This document shows positions 51,600 to 63,247 of a stretch of DNA of 64,000 nucleotides, one piece after another. Position numbers and translations under genes: made by a program. A model generated the notes under the pieces. The model searched no databases. It was given only the letters and a program-made list of their open reading frames with translations, and was not told where the DNA came from. The stretch covers positions 224,001-288,000 of the forward strand of contig CAWJIM010000024.1 in assembly GCA_963842945.1 (NCBI GenBank), in the 5' to 3' direction. Within the stretch, counting starts at the first letter, position 1. Every line of letters starts with the position of its first letter. This DNA comes from an uncultured Gemmatimonadales bacterium. GTDB taxonomy: Bacteria; Gemmatimonadota; Gemmatimonadetes; Gemmatimonadales; GWC2-71-9.

Positions 51600-53429
51600 T
51601 TACAGTTTGATCTTGGGCAGCTCGAGGCCCGGAGCCAGGCCCCCGGTCAATCGTTTCAGCTGGGCATTCAGCTCCGCCTCGACCTTGTCGAGACTCTGGC
51701 GTTCTCCTGCAATTCGCTGGGTTGCCTGAGTCCGGACCTCGGCTACCCGCCGTTTGACCGGTTGCACCTTCTCGGCCACGAGGCTGTCTACCTTGGCCCG
51801 AGCCATCCGCTCCGCTCGAGCGACCTCCTCTCCCACCACGGCTTTGAGCCGCTGGGCAATGGCCTGGTCCAAGTTGCTCTCGATCGAGAGCCGGGGTGAG
51901 GAAAGGGTCCCTCCAAGCTGGGCCACCACACTCAGATCGTTGAGCCCGCCGATCACCCGCCAGACCAGCCGCTCGATGTCATTGGCCTTCCGCCCGGCTG
52001 TGTCGGCGGTCCAGGCCACCTTGTTTGCTCGCACCGCCCACCGCCCCGACAGCGCGGAGCCTCGCATGCTGAACACCAGCTCAGCAGAGCCGATGCCGGG
52101 GGCCATCCGAAAAGGAAGGCCAGGCAGATCGAACGAGGGCAACTTGATTCCACGGAGACGGGCATTCACCGAATCGTGAGTTTGCGAGGTGAGATGATTG
52201 ATCACTGCCCCGATATCGACTGCAGCAACAGCCGATCTCTCCGCGCGGCGGCCGACGGAAATCACGGCCGGTCGCCCGTACAAGGCTGGCGCAGAGGTGA
52301 GTCCCTGGACGCTCGCCGTGTAAGCGCCGCGGATCGGGCTGGTACCCCCAATGGCGAAATCGATCGACCCTCGCTGCAACAAGAACTGGGGAAACTCCGC
52401 CGCTTTGGGAAAGTCGATAGTGGATCCCGCTGCCCGGAGGCGCTGTGGCCCGGGCCTCGGCCGGGGCAGTAGTCCGGGCGGCATGTACTTCTGGGCCAGC
52501 TCCGCCCAGTACAGCGCCTGCTTGAAGCGGTCGATGCTGACCTTCCCGAACAAGGCAGTGCCGATCTCGGGAGCGGAGAAGGTGGGAAGCTTCAGCAGGG
52601 ACTTGGCGAAGGCGATGTCTTGCTGCGTGGCCTGGTTGACCAGCTCGACTCCCTGGCCCAGAAAGGTTACCGCTGCTCTGGCGTTCCGCTCCAGCGAATC
52701 CACTCGCCGTCGTGCGGCGGTAATGTCGCGCAAGGCCTGCTGAACTGACTGGACCGCCTGCCGGGTGCCCTCGAGGCCGAGGGTCTTGGGATCGGTGGCG
52801 GAAAGACGTTGCACTAACGCGCGCGCTGAATCGACCGTGGGGCGAATGTCCAGGTGCTGGAATGTCTGCTCCAATGCCTGGCGGGTCGAATCGGTCCGGG
52901 CCAGGACGCGCTCCGCCTGCTTTACCGTGGTGAGCTGATCCGGATTCAGAACCAGCTGCCGAATGGTATCCACCGGTGTCAACGAGAGCAGCGGAACCTT
53001 GAATTGATCGGTCCACTGCTGTACGGCCCGATAGACCTGGGGCGTGAATCCCTTGCCGCTGGGAGGGCGCGCCGGCGTCTTGCGATTGGCACCGAAGCGC
53101 ATTCCGCTCAGGCTCAAGTTCTCGATCACGATCTTCTTCTCCACCAGCGCCGCCGGATTGAGCTTGAGCCGTATCGCATCGGCGTCGAGGAGATTTCGAG
53201 TCAGCACGAAAGGATCGGCTATCTGCAGGGCCTGGAGCTCGACCGAAGCCTGCCGCGGGAGCAGGTCGAGCTTGCCGAGGTCTACCTGAGTGCCCAACAG
53301 CTCGGTGCTCGCTTCCTCCGTCGTGTCCCGCGCCACCGGCTCGGCAAAGATCCAGACCAGAATACCGAGCAGGATGAAGAGCAGGAGCAGGGGCCCGATG
53401 GCCTTCCAGCGAAACACCTTGAACTTCAT
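51600..53429 (-). CDS. TIGR03545-like protein
   Basis: N-terminal FRWK + TM, LQIADP, SNLD; adjacent to the TIGR03546-like gene. Confidence 0.75.
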   Translation of the reverse strand: MKFKVFRWKAIGPLLLLFILLGILVWIFAEPVARDTTEEASTELLGTQVDLGKLDLLPRQASVELQALQIADPFVLTRNLLDADAIRLKLNPAALVEKKIVIENLSLSGMRFGANRKTPARPPSGKGFTPQVYRAVQQWTDQFKVPLLSLTPVDTIRQLVLNPDQLTTVKQAERVLARTDSTRQALEQTFQHLDIRPTVDSARALVQRLSATDPKTLGLEGTRQAVQSVQQALRDITAARRRVDSLERNARAAVTFLGQGVELVNQATQQDIAFAKSLLKLPTFSAPEIGTALFGKVSIDRFKQALYWAELAQKYMPPGLLPRPRPGPQRLRAAGSTIDFPKAAEFPQFLLQRGSIDFAIGGTSPIRGAYTASVQGLTSAPALYGRPAVISVGRRAERSAVAAVDIGAVINHLTSQTHDSVNARLRGIKLPSFDLPGLPFRMAPGIGSAELVFSMRGSALSGRWAVRANKVAWTADTAGRKANDIERLVWRVIGGLNDLSVVAQLGGTLSSPRLSIESNLDQAIAQRLKAVVGEEVARAERMARAKVDSLVAEKVQPVKRRVAEVRTQATQRIAGERQSLDKVEAELNAQLKRLTGGLAPGLELPKIKL

Positions 53430-53941
53430 GGCCGGAACATCTTGTACAGGTTGTACACCTGGGAAGCGGTGATGGCCTTGTAAAAGCGAGACTGACGAAC
53501 CCGCTCTCCGATGGTGGCACGGTACTTCGCCACCCCGTAGCGAGCGGCAAAGAAGATGGGCACCGCCAGAACCAGCCAACCGACGAAGCTCCCCAGCACT
53601 ACGGTGTTGTCAAAGTTGGTGTAGGGCACGACCGGCGTGTTGGTCAAGTCCGTCCAGAGCGGCCGCAGGCCCGGCGCAGTGAGCAGGCGCAATCCGATTG
53701 CGTCAAAAACCGGATCGAGCAGAAAACCCATCGGGACAAACAGCATCCAGCCCAGCATCCCGCCCCCGAACGAGACATTGAGGAGCACCAGGAGGGAGAA
53801 GATCACCAGGTTGTGCAGATTCATCAGCGGGGTGAGGCCCAGGGCAGAACCCAGTGCCATGCCGGCGGCCACCTGCCCGGGGGTTCCGGCGGAATGCAGC
53901 GTCTTGATGATGGATTGAATGAGCTTGAGAAGCCCCAGCAT
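53426..53941 (-). CDS. TIGR03546 (DUF2062-like) membrane protein
   Basis: LHS..TPGQVA, GLTP, FDNTVVLGS. Confidence 0.85.
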   Translation of the reverse strand: MLGLLKLIQSIIKTLHSAGTPGQVAAGMALGSALGLTPLMNLHNLVIFSLLVLLNVSFGGGMLGWMLFVPMGFLLDPVFDAIGLRLLTAPGLRPLWTDLTNTPVVPYTNFDNTVVLGSFVGWLVLAVPIFFAARYGVAKYRATIGERVRQSRFYKAITASQVYNLYKMFRP

Positions 53942-53946
53942 GCGCT

Positions 53947-54027
53947 AAGGTCGAAGGTCTGGAGTCCAGGGTCAAGGGAGATGGCCGCCTGCCCTTGACT
54001 CTGGACTCTCGAGTCTTGACTCTCCCC
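53947..54027. repeat. Inverted heptamer array filling a divergent intergenic region
   Basis: ..GAGTCCAGGGTCAAGGG-13nt-CCCTTGACTCTGGACTC.. Confidence 0.8.
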
Positions 54028-54029
54028 TG

Positions 54030-56550
54030 ATGCCGCCACAAAACCGCCGCGCACCGGAGGTGCATAAGTTCGGCGGCGCCTCACTGGCCGACCCACCCGC
54101 CCTTCGGCATGCCCTTCAGATCGTTGCGCGTACCCGCTCCGCTCCCCCGGTTGTGGTGGTGTCGGCGATGGCTGGTGTCACCGATGCCCTGCTCGAGGTA
54201 GCCCGGAGCGCAGGGTCGGCGGATGAGGGAGCGGTGCGGGCGCTGATCGACCGGCTGCGATCCCGCCATACCGAAGTGGCTCGGACCATGCTGCCCGCGG
54301 CGCGACTCCGCTCATCGCTGATTGCCCAGATCGACGAAGCGTTTACCGAGCTGGAGGCACTAGCCCATGGACTTCGGGTGCTTCAGGAGCTGACCCCGCG
54401 CACCAACGACAGCTTGATCTCCCGGGGAGAGCGTCTCAGTGCCAGAATCTTTGCTGCCGCCCTCGAGGCCCAAGGGATCGCCGCCCGATATGTCGATGCG
54501 CTCGAGGTGGTACATACCGATGCCAGCTTCGGCCAGGCTTCGCCCGATTTCGCCCGCACCGACCGAAGCGCGCATCGCGATACTCGGTCCGCTCCTGAAG
54601 CGGGGGACCATCCCGGTGATCCCCGGGTTCATCGGAGCCACGCCAACCGGCGAGGTGGCAACACTGGGCCGCGGCGGATCAGATCTGACCGCCACGCTGC
54701 TGGCGCGCTCCCTCGGTGCCTCTCGAGTGAACCTGTGGAAGGATGTGCCCGGACTGCTGACAGCCGATCCCCGGGTGGTCCCGGATGCGCGAGTCATCCC
54801 ACAACTTCATACCCGGGAGGCGGCGGAGCTGGCCTATTACGGAGCGAAGGTGCTTCACCCACGAGCATTGACCCCCATAGCCGGGCGACGGATCTCGGTA
54901 CACGTTCGGCCCTTTGCCGATCCTGATGCTCCCGGAACGGAGGTGTCCGAGCGAGTGTCGCCCGGTCGCGTCCCCGTCAAAGCGCTGACCGCCGCCGGAG
55001 GGCAGGCCCTGATCACCGTCACCGGCAACGGCATGCTGGGCGTGCCCGGCATTGCTGCCCGGACCTTCTCCGCCCTGCACGGCCGCAGCATCTCGGTGTC
55101 GCTGATCTCGCAGGCGTCATCGGAGCATTCGATCTGCTTCAGTGTTCCCGAACCGTTGGCGGAGGCGGCGCGCCAGGGGCTGCTGGAGGAGTTCCAGCAC
55201 GAGATCGACGGCCGGGAGATCGATGGGGTGGAGGTCAGCCCGGGCATGGCGACCATTGCGGTGGTCGGGCTGGGGATGCACGGCACGCCCGGCGTAGCGG
55301 CTGCCACGTTCGGCGCACTGGCGGCCGCCAACATCAATGTCGTGGCCATTGCGCAGGGGTCGTCCGAGCTGAACATCTCCGTGGTAGTGTCCGGCGACCA
55401 AGCAGCCGAAGCCCAGCGTCGGATCCACAGCGCTTTCCAGCTGTCGCGAATCGCCGGCGGCGCGGTGGTCCGGCCAGAGCGCATGGACCTGGTTCTGCTC
55501 GGCTTTGGACAGATCGGGCGGGCGCTGGCCTTACTGGTCGGAGCGGTGAAGCGTCCGACGCTGTCGCTTCGGATCGTTGGGATCATCGACCGCTCCGGCT
55601 TCGTGTTCGAGTCCGAAGGCATTGCCCGCACTGCCGTACGGAGCCTGATCAGGCACAAAGGCAAGGGACGGCCGCTCGCCCGAGAACCAGGAGGAACCTC
55701 AGCGAGCACCGCTGAGGCACTGGCCCATGTTTCATCTCATGCCCTCTCCCGACCGGTGCTGGTAGACCTCACGGCAAACGAGTCCGGACCGGTGCTGGAA
55801 CAGGCGCTCACGCTCGGGATGGATCTCGTACTGGCCAACAAACGTCCTCTTGCCGGTTCTCGGAGCCAGAGCGACGCTCTCTGGCAGACGGCGCGGGCTC
55901 GGGGCCGGCGGATTCTGCACGAGGCAACCGTCGGCGCGGGGCTTCCCATCATTGACACCTATCACAAGCTGGTGGAATCGGGTGACCGGGTGGATCGGAT
56001 CGAGGGTTTGCTCTCGGGAACTCTGGGCTACGTACTCAGCGAAGTGTCAGCCGGAGTTCCGTTCAGCAGAGCAGTCAAACGGGCCATGCAGCTGGGCTAC
56101 ACCGAGCCCGACCCGCGCGAAGACCTTTCGGGCATGGACGTGGCACGCAAGGCCCTGATCTTGGGACGTCTGCTCGGCTACACCGGCGAGCTCTCCACTC
56201 ACACAGTGGAGTCCCTGGTCCCAGGCTGGGGGCGCGCGCTGCCGCAGAATGAGTTTATCACTCGACTAGAGCAGCTGAATGAGAAATGGGCGCAGCGGGT
56301 GGATGAAGCGAGCGCAGCCGGTGCCGTGCTCCGGTATGTGGCGAGCGTGACAACCCGAAAGATCGCGGTGGGCGTGCGGGCGGTTCCACTGGCGAGTCCC
56401 TTTGCGGCCATCAAGGGTTCCGACAATCAGCTGGTGTTCACCACCGCCCGGTACAAGGCCAACCCACTGGTCATCACCGGGCCAGGTGCCGGTGCCGAAG
56501 TCACCGCCGCCGGGGTGCTCAACGACATTTTGCGGCTGGCCGGCGCGTGA
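54030..56550 (+). CDS. thrA: Bifunctional aspartokinase/homoserine dehydrogenase (frameshift ~54575)
   Basis: KFGGASL, TLGRGGSD, ACT domains, EATVGAGLP, GYTEPDPREDLSG. Confidence 0.93.
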
Positions 56551-57506
56551 CCCGGATCGAGAGTGTCACGGCATTCGCCCCCGGCGGCGTCGGCAATGTC
56601 GGACCGGGACTCGATATCCTCGGGCTGGCGCTGGAGGGCGATGGCGACTCGGTTCGCGCGGAGTGGTCGAACGTACCAGGCATCTCCATCCTCGATCCGG
56701 GCCATCCCGACCTGCCGAGGGAGTCGAATCGCCATACCGCGGGGCTGGCTGCAACCGCGGTGGTGGAGCGCGCGCGAGATCCGAGATTGAAAAAGGCGGG
56801 AATCGCGCTGAGCGTCTGCAAGGGCCTCCCTCTCTCCGGTGGCCAGGGTGGCAGCGCCGCATCGGCCGTGGCGGGGGCTGTGGCCGTCAATGCTTTGCTG
56901 GGAGATCCGCTCGACCGAGAGGCGCTGGTGGAAGCATGTCTCAACGCGGAGGAATCGGTATCGGGCCGTCATGCCGACAATGTTGCTCCGTGCCTGTTCG
57001 GCGGGATCGTGCTGGTCCGCTCGCTGGACCCTCTCGACCTGGTCCAGCTCCCGGTGCCTGACGAGTTGTGGGTCGTGCTGGTGCGACCGGACCAGCAACT
57101 CCGTACAGCCGAAGCGCGATCGGTGCTGCCGCGGGACGTCTCTCGAGAGGTCGCCCTGCACCAGGCGGCGCAAGTCGGGGCCATCGTCGCTGCCCTGGCC
57201 AGCGGAGACTATGCCCTGCTGGGCAGGGCCATCGATGACCGGATCGCCGAGCCGGCTCGCACGCGGCTGCTGCCCGGGTTTGCGGAAGCAAAGCGGGCTG
57301 CGCTCGACGCCGGTGCGCTGGGAAGCTCCATCTCCGGTGCCGGCCCCACGGCCTTTGCCCTTGCCCGCGGTGCTCCAGCAGCCCAGCGAGTGAGTGAGGC
57401 GATGACTGCTGCCTATGCCGCCAAGGGGTTTCCCAGTCGGGCCCGCATTTCCCGGATCGATCGCCGGGGCGCCCGACTGATCGAGCCCGAGGTGCAGAGC
57501 CGATGA
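56547..57506 (+). CDS. thrB: Homoserine kinase
   Basis: NVGPGLD, GQGGSAAS, HADNVAP, SGAGP. Confidence 0.93.
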   Translation: MTRIESVTAFAPGGVGNVGPGLDILGLALEGDGDSVRAEWSNVPGISILDPGHPDLPRESNRHTAGLAATAVVERARDPRLKKAGIALSVCKGLPLSGGQGGSAASAVAGAVAVNALLGDPLDREALVEACLNAEESVSGRHADNVAPCLFGGIVLVRSLDPLDLVQLPVPDELWVVLVRPDQQLRTAEARSVLPRDVSREVALHQAAQVGAIVAALASGDYALLGRAIDDRIAEPARTRLLPGFAEAKRAALDAGALGSSISGAGPTAFALARGAPAAQRVSEAMTAAYAAKGFPSRARISRIDRRGARLIEPEVQSR

Positions 57507-58799
57507 GGTTTCAGACCAATAGGCCGGCCAGCTGGCAGAGCTGCATGAGCTGCGGGAACGAGGTATCGGAAACCGATCCAGCGCCGCGCTGCAAGCTCTG
57601 CAACGGCCTGCTGGTGGTGCGTCACCGGCCACCGGAGATCAGTCCGGCACAGCTGATCCACCGCTTTACCGAGCGCCGAGGAGGACCTCCCGGAGCGACC
57701 TCCTCGGGGGTGTGGCGCTTTCGGGAAGTGGTGCTGCCGTCCGCTGAATCGGTCGTTTCCTACCCCGAGGGCAACACCCCACTGCTTCACCGAGTCGCTC
57801 TGGACCGCTGGGCTGGAGTGGACCACCTGTTGCTCAAGCACGAAGGTCACAACCCCACCGGGTCGTTCAAGGACCGGGGGATGACGGTCGGCGTGACCCA
57901 GGCGTTGCGTATCGGGGCCCGTGCCGTTGCCTGTGCCTCCACCGGAAACACTTCGGCGTCCCTCGCGGCCTATGCGGCGCAGGCGGGACTTCCGGCTCTG
58001 GTCCTGGTTCCGTCAGGCGGCGTAGCCACAGGCAAGTTGGCGCAGACGCTCGCGTATGGCGCGCGCACTCTCCTGGTTCGAGGCGACTTCGACCAGTGCC
58101 TCCGGATGGTGGAGCAAGCCAGCACCGAGCTAGGCGTCTACCTGCTCAACTCGATCAATCCATTTCGCATCGAGGGGCAGAAGACGATCATCTTCGAGCT
58201 GCTGCAACAGCTATCCTGGGATGCACCCGATTGGATCGTTTTTCCGGCTGGCAATCTGGGAAACACCGCAGCCTTCGGCAAAGCACTGGCCGAAGCTCAC
58301 GACTGGGGACTGATCGCGCGCAAGCCTCGACTGGCGGCAGTGCAGGCGGAAGGGGCTGCACCCTTTGCCCGGAGCTTTGCCGAGGGGTTCACCCGGCGGC
58401 ACCGGGTGAAAGCGGAGACTGTAGCGACGGCAATCAAGATCGGAGACCCGGCTTCATACGACCGGGCGGTGGCGGCGATCCGGGAGACCGAGGGTGTGGT
58501 GCTCTCGGTTCCCGACTCTGAGCTGCTCGAAGCCAAGGCTGTCATCGATGCTTCGGGAGTGGGCTGTGAACCAGCCAGTGCCGTGACCCTCGCAGGACTC
58601 CGCCGGCTGGTGCAGCGGGGCAGCGTCAAGCCAGCCGACCGAGTCGATGGGCATTCTCACCGGACACATCTTGAAAGACCCGGGTCTGCTGCTGCGGTAT
58701 CACCAGGAGCTGGACCCGCCGCCGCCCGGCGCCAACCGTCCCATCGAGATCGAGCCCACGCTGGAAGCTCTGGAGGCGGTGCTCCGCGCTGACTCCTGA
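57503..58799 (+). CDS. thrC: Threonine synthase (frameshift ~58645)
   Basis: NPTGSFKDRG, ASTGNTS, NSINPFR, continues ILTGHILKDP in another frame. Confidence 0.93.
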
Positions 58800-59006
58800 C
58801 CCGGTACAATTCTCCCAAAATCATGCTCGAACCAGCGTGTGCGCCGGTCCGGTTCCGATCGATTCCTGAGGTCGAATTCCCGTTTTCAGAGGGGGAAATT
58901 CGGTTTTGCCTATTGCAACTGGGCGGAGTCTGTATACTGTTTGACACGGTAGTTTTGCTGGTTCCGAGGTGCACGCCTAGTTCTCACTCAATTAGGGAGA
59001 CTCGCG

Positions 59007-59381
59007 ATGGCCACCAAGAAAAAGACTGCCGGTAGGAAAAAGTCCAGCAAGAAGTCTTCACGGCGGCCAGCAACACGGAAGAAGGCAGCCAAGAAGACCA
59101 CCAGAAAGAAATCCTCTTCCGGTAAGAAGCGCGCCCCGAATCCCGCATTCATGAGACCTTTGCAGCCCAGCGCAAAGCTCGCCGCGGTCATTGGCAACAG
59201 CCCGATGCCCCGGACGCAGGTCATCAGCAAACTCTGGGCGTACATCAAACGGAACGGGCTGCAGGATGCCAAGAATCGGCGGGCCATCAATGCCGACGAG
59301 AAGCTCCGTCCGCTGTTTAATAACCGGAGCCAGGTTACCATGTTCGATCTGGCCAAGATCGCCAACCAGAACCTCAGCTAG
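59007..59381 (+). CDS. SWIB/MDM2-domain protein with Lys/Arg-rich N-terminal tail
   Basis: [27 protein letters not shown]. Confidence 0.92.
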   Translation: MATKKKTAGRKKSSKKSSRRPATRKKAAKKTTRKKSSSGKKRAPNPAFMRPLQPSAKLAAVIGNSPMPRTQVISKLWAYIKRNGLQDAKNRRAINADEKLRPLFNNRSQVTMFDLAKIANQNLS

Positions 59382-59407
59382 CTCGGCAGTCCGCCGCAGG
59401 ATAGCCG

Positions 59408-59437
59408 AGGGCGCCCCCGCTGGGGCGCCCTTTTTAT
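59408..59437 (+). terminator. Intrinsic terminator
   Basis: AGGGCGCCCC-CGCT-GGGGCGCCCTTTTT. Confidence 0.85.
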
Positions 59438-59475
59438 TCGCGATTCCCTTCCCTGCATTCTATTTTCCACCCCCT

Positions 59476-61152
59476 ATGGCCGGCGAATACATCTTCACGA
59501 TGCAGGACCTCCGAAAGGTGGTCCCTCCCTCCCGCGAGATCCTCAAGGGCATCTATCTCGCGTTCTTTCCCGGGGCCAAGATCGGCGTCCTCGGATCGAA
59601 CGGCGCTGGAAAGTCGACTCTGCTTCGCATCATGGCAGGGGTGGACAAGGACTTCCTGGGAGAGGCCCGTCCCCTGCCGGGGATCAAGATCGGCTATCTG
59701 CCGCAGGAGCCGCGGCTCGATCCCGAGAAGGATGTGCGCGGAAACGTGATGGAAGGAGTGAAGGAGCAGCAGGCGCTGCTGGACCAGTTCAATGCCATCA
59801 GCGCGCAATTCGCCGAGCCGATGGACGACGCTCAGATGAACCGTCTCCTCGAGAAGCAGGGCAATCTGCAGGAGCGGATCGACAGCCTGGGTCTCTGGGA
59901 GCTGGACCACAAGATCGACCTGGCTATGGATGCCCTGCGCCTCCCCCCGGGAGACGCGGACGTCAACAAGATCTCCGGTGGTGAGAAACGGCGGGTTGCT
60001 CTGTGTCGGCTGTTGCTGGAGCAGCCGGACATGCTGCTTCTGGATGAGCCCACCAATCACCTCGACGCCGAGAGCGTGTGGTGGCTGGAGCGCTATCTCG
60101 CCGAGTTCAAAGGGACGGTCGTGGCTGTAACCCACGACCGGTATTTCCTCGACAACGTGGCCGGCTGGATCCTGGAGCTGTATCAGGGCGCCGGAATTCC
60201 CTGGGAAGGGAATTATTCCTCCTGGCTGGCGCAGAAGGAGCGACGCCTGTCGCAGGAGGAGAAGCAGGCCTCGGCCCGGCAGAAGACGCTGCAGCGGGAG
60301 CTGGAATGGATCCGGATGTCGCCCCGCGCCCGCCAGGCCAAGAGCAAGGCACGCATCACCGCATACGAAGAGCTCCGGGCCGAGAGCGAGCGGCAACAGG
60401 AGGGCAGCGCCGAGATCCTGATTCCGGTTCCGGCCCGGCTGGGCGACGAGGTGGTTGTCGCCGAAGGCCTGAGCAAAGGATTCGGAGAACGCCTGCTGAT
60501 CGATGACCTGAGCTTTTCCCTGCCTCGGGGAGGCATCGTTGGCGTGATCGGCCCCAATGGCGCGGGCAAGACCACGTTGTTCCGCATGATCACCGGCCAG
60601 GAGGAGCCCGACAGCGGCTCGTTGAAGGTTGGGTCCACCGTCCAGATCGCCTATGTGGACCAGAGCCGGGAGGCGCTCGATCCTGAGAAGACCGTATACC
60701 AGGAGATCTCCGGAGGTCAGGACCAGCTCCAGTTCGGCAAGCGTACGGTGAACGCCCGGGCCTACGCCGCCGGATTCAACTTTCGCGGAGCCGACCAGCA
60801 GAAGAAGGCCGGCACCCTGTCCGGTGGAGAGCGAAACCGCCTGCATCTGGCCAAGCTGCTCAAGAGCGGCGGAAATCTGCTCCTGCTGGACGAACCGACC
60901 AACGACCTCGACGTGGATACGCTTCGGGCTCTGGAGGAAGCGCTCCTCGGCTTTGCCGGCTGCGCCGTGGTGATCAGTCACGATCGCTGGTTTCTGGACC
61001 GGATCGCGACCCATATCCTGGCCTTCGAAGGCAACAGCGAGGTGATCTGGTTCGAGGGCAACTACCAGGACTACGCCGCCGACTACCACCGACGGAAGGG
61101 CGCCTCAGTCGACCAGCCGCATCGAATCCGCTACAAGAAGCTGGTTCATTGA
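59476..61152 (+). CDS. ettA: Energy-dependent translational throttle ABC-F protein
   Basis: [30 protein letters not shown], two ABC domains. Confidence 0.96.
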   Translation: MAGEYIFTMQDLRKVVPPSREILKGIYLAFFPGAKIGVLGSNGAGKSTLLRIMAGVDKDFLGEARPLPGIKIGYLPQEPRLDPEKDVRGNVMEGVKEQQALLDQFNAISAQFAEPMDDAQMNRLLEKQGNLQERIDSLGLWELDHKIDLAMDALRLPPGDADVNKISGGEKRRVALCRLLLEQPDMLLLDEPTNHLDAESVWWLERYLAEFKGTVVAVTHDRYFLDNVAGWILELYQGAGIPWEGNYSSWLAQKERRLSQEEKQASARQKTLQRELEWIRMSPRARQAKSKARITAYEELRAESERQQEGSAEILIPVPARLGDEVVVAEGLSKGFGERLLIDDLSFSLPRGGIVGVIGPNGAGKTTLFRMITGQEEPDSGSLKVGSTVQIAYVDQSREALDPEKTVYQEISGGQDQLQFGKRTVNARAYAAGFNFRGADQQKKAGTLSGGERNRLHLAKLLKSGGNLLLLDEPTNDLDVDTLRALEEALLGFAGCAVVISHDRWFLDRIATHILAFEGNSEVIWFEGNYQDYAADYHRRKGASVDQPHRIRYKKLVH

Positions 61153-61227
61153 AGACGGGCGACGCGGCAGAATAGAGCAACAGAGGTCGGTGGGGTAGCG
61201 CAGAAATGCCGAGAGGAGAGCTCACCG

Positions 61228-62010
61228 ATGTGTCTGGCCTACAGACTCGCAATACCCCTAGCCTTCGAAAAAGCCGGTACGCCGTCCCGCACCGCCCCGA
61301 TCGTGTACGCGGCGGGTGTCCTGACGATCATGTGCCTGGGCTGCGCGCCGGCCGGGCAACAGACCTCCAGCGAGAAGAGCGCACCCAACATGCTCAGCAC
61401 CACAGAGCGCGATGCCGGCTGGCAGCTGCTGTTTGATGGCAAGACGACAACCGGATGGCGAGGCTACCGGAAGGACTCGATGCCGCGCGGCTGGCAGGTC
61501 CTCGACGGTGCCCTCACCAGAGTGGATTCGGCGGGCGACATCGTGACTGACGGCCAGTACGCCAACTTCGAGCTGACCTTGGAGTGGCAGGTGGCTCGAG
61601 GGGGAAACAGCGGGATTTTCTACCGCGTCAGCGAGGACGGCGACTATCCCTGGCGCAGTGGGCCGGAGATGCAGGTTCTCGACGACGCAGGCCACCCGGA
61701 TGGGCGATCGCGGTTGACCTCAGCCGGGGCGTTGTATGGGCTGTATCCTGCTCCCGCCGGCGTGGTCCGACCCGCGGGGGAATGGAACGCGGTGCGCATC
61801 GTGCTCAATGGCCACCACGTGGAACACTGGCTCAACGGGGTCAAGGTGGTGGAGGCAGAGCTGGGAAGTCCCGACTGGGAAGCCCGAGTGAAGCAGAGCA
61901 AGTTCCTGGAGATGCCTCGCTACGGCAGAAACGCCTCGGGCCACATCGGCCTGCAGGATCACGGCGACCGAGTCGCGTATCGCAACATCAAGATCCGCCC
62001 TCTGCCATGA
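61228..62010 (+). CDS. DUF1080 lipoprotein
   Basis: LFDGKTTTGW, GNSGIFY, EMQVLD, GHIGLQDHG. Confidence 0.92.
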   Translation: MCLAYRLAIPLAFEKAGTPSRTAPIVYAAGVLTIMCLGCAPAGQQTSSEKSAPNMLSTTERDAGWQLLFDGKTTTGWRGYRKDSMPRGWQVLDGALTRVDSAGDIVTDGQYANFELTLEWQVARGGNSGIFYRVSEDGDYPWRSGPEMQVLDDAGHPDGRSRLTSAGALYGLYPAPAGVVRPAGEWNAVRIVLNGHHVEHWLNGVKVVEAELGSPDWEARVKQSKFLEMPRYGRNASGHIGLQDHGDRVAYRNIKIRPLP

Positions 62011-63243
62011 GGTCGCTCCGGCTCCGCCTCTCCGCCATGATGTTCCTCCAGTACTTCATCTGGGGCCGTGGTATGTGACGCTGGGCACGTACCTCGGCCC
62101 AAACGCTTCAGTTCGACGGCACCCAGGTCGGCCTGGCGTACGGCAGCACCGCGATCGCCGCGATGATCTCGCCATTCTTCATGGGAATGATCGCCGATCG
62201 GTTCTTCTCGACCGAGCGGCTCCTTGCCGGGCTCCATCTCGCCGGAGCGATCGTGCTGTACTGGGCGTCAACGCTGGAGAGCTTTCGGGCGTTTCTATCC
62301 GGTGCTGATCGTCTACGCCTTGCTGCTACATGCCGACGCTCGCGCTCACGAATTCCATCTCCTTTCATCACCTGACCGACCCGCCGCGAGAGTTCCCCAC
62401 GGTGCGGGTGCTGGGGACGATCGGCTGGATCGTGGCCGGACTGATCGTGGGGCAGCTCGGCGTAGAGACGACCGCGATCCCGATGCGGATCGCCGCCGCT
62501 GCATCGATCCTGCTCGGCCTCTATTCGTTTGTGCTGCCGCACACACCGCCCAGTACCACGGCCGGCGCCGTTCAGCGTGCGAGACGTCCTGGGGCTCGAT
62601 GCCCTTGCGCTGTTCAAGGACCGCTCGTTCGCGGTGTTCATGCTCGGCTCGTTCCTGCTCTGCATCCCGCTGCAGTTCTACTACGCCTTCACCAATCTCT
62701 TTCTGAACGAGATCGGGCTGCCGGAGCCGGCGAGCAAGATGACGCTGGGGCAGATGTCAGAGATCGGCTTCATGCTGCTGCATGCCCTGGCTCCTGCTCC
62801 GGCTGGGCGTCAAGCGAGTGCTGCTCGTGGGCATGGCTGCGTGGACGCTGCGGTATCTCCTGTTCGCCCACGGCAACGCGGGCGGCTGGGCCTGGATGCT
62901 CTACCTCGGCATTCTGCTCCACGGGGTGTGCTACGATTTCTTCTTCGTCACCGGGCAGATTTACGTGAACCAGCGGGCCCACCAGCGGATTCGCGCTGCC
63001 GCCCAGGGGTTGCTCGCATTCGTCACCCTGGGCTTGGGACTCTTCATCGGGGCATGGATTTCGGGCCGGGTGGTGGATGCGAACAGCGTACGAGACGCGG
63101 CGGGACTGGTGACGCACGACTGGCACACCATCTGGCTCATTCCCGCGGGGCTTGCCGCCGGAATCCTGCTTCTGTTTGCGGTGCTCTTCCGTCCTTCGGT
63201 GGCGGTCCGATCACCCGGCTTGGCCGGCGCATCCCTCTCCTAA
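62007..63243 (+). CDS. Nucleoside:H+ symporter (NupG/YegT-like MFS), several frameshifts
   Basis: [39 protein letters not shown]. Confidence 0.88.
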
Positions 63244-63247
63244 ACGC

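Noticed and set aside
53942..54029. thr attenuator leader peptide
   Set aside because: No Thr/Ile-rich mini-ORF or U-tailed terminator; the hairpin is a heptamer repeat array.
54540..54600. Programmed frameshift in thrA (and other split genes)
   Set aside because: No slippery heptamer, and indels are widespread, so error is the simpler explanation.
59434..61089. Long antisense ORFs (here and e.g. 2282-3616, 29842-31446, 48788-50125)
   Set aside because: Shadow frames of high-GC genes with no recognisable motifs.
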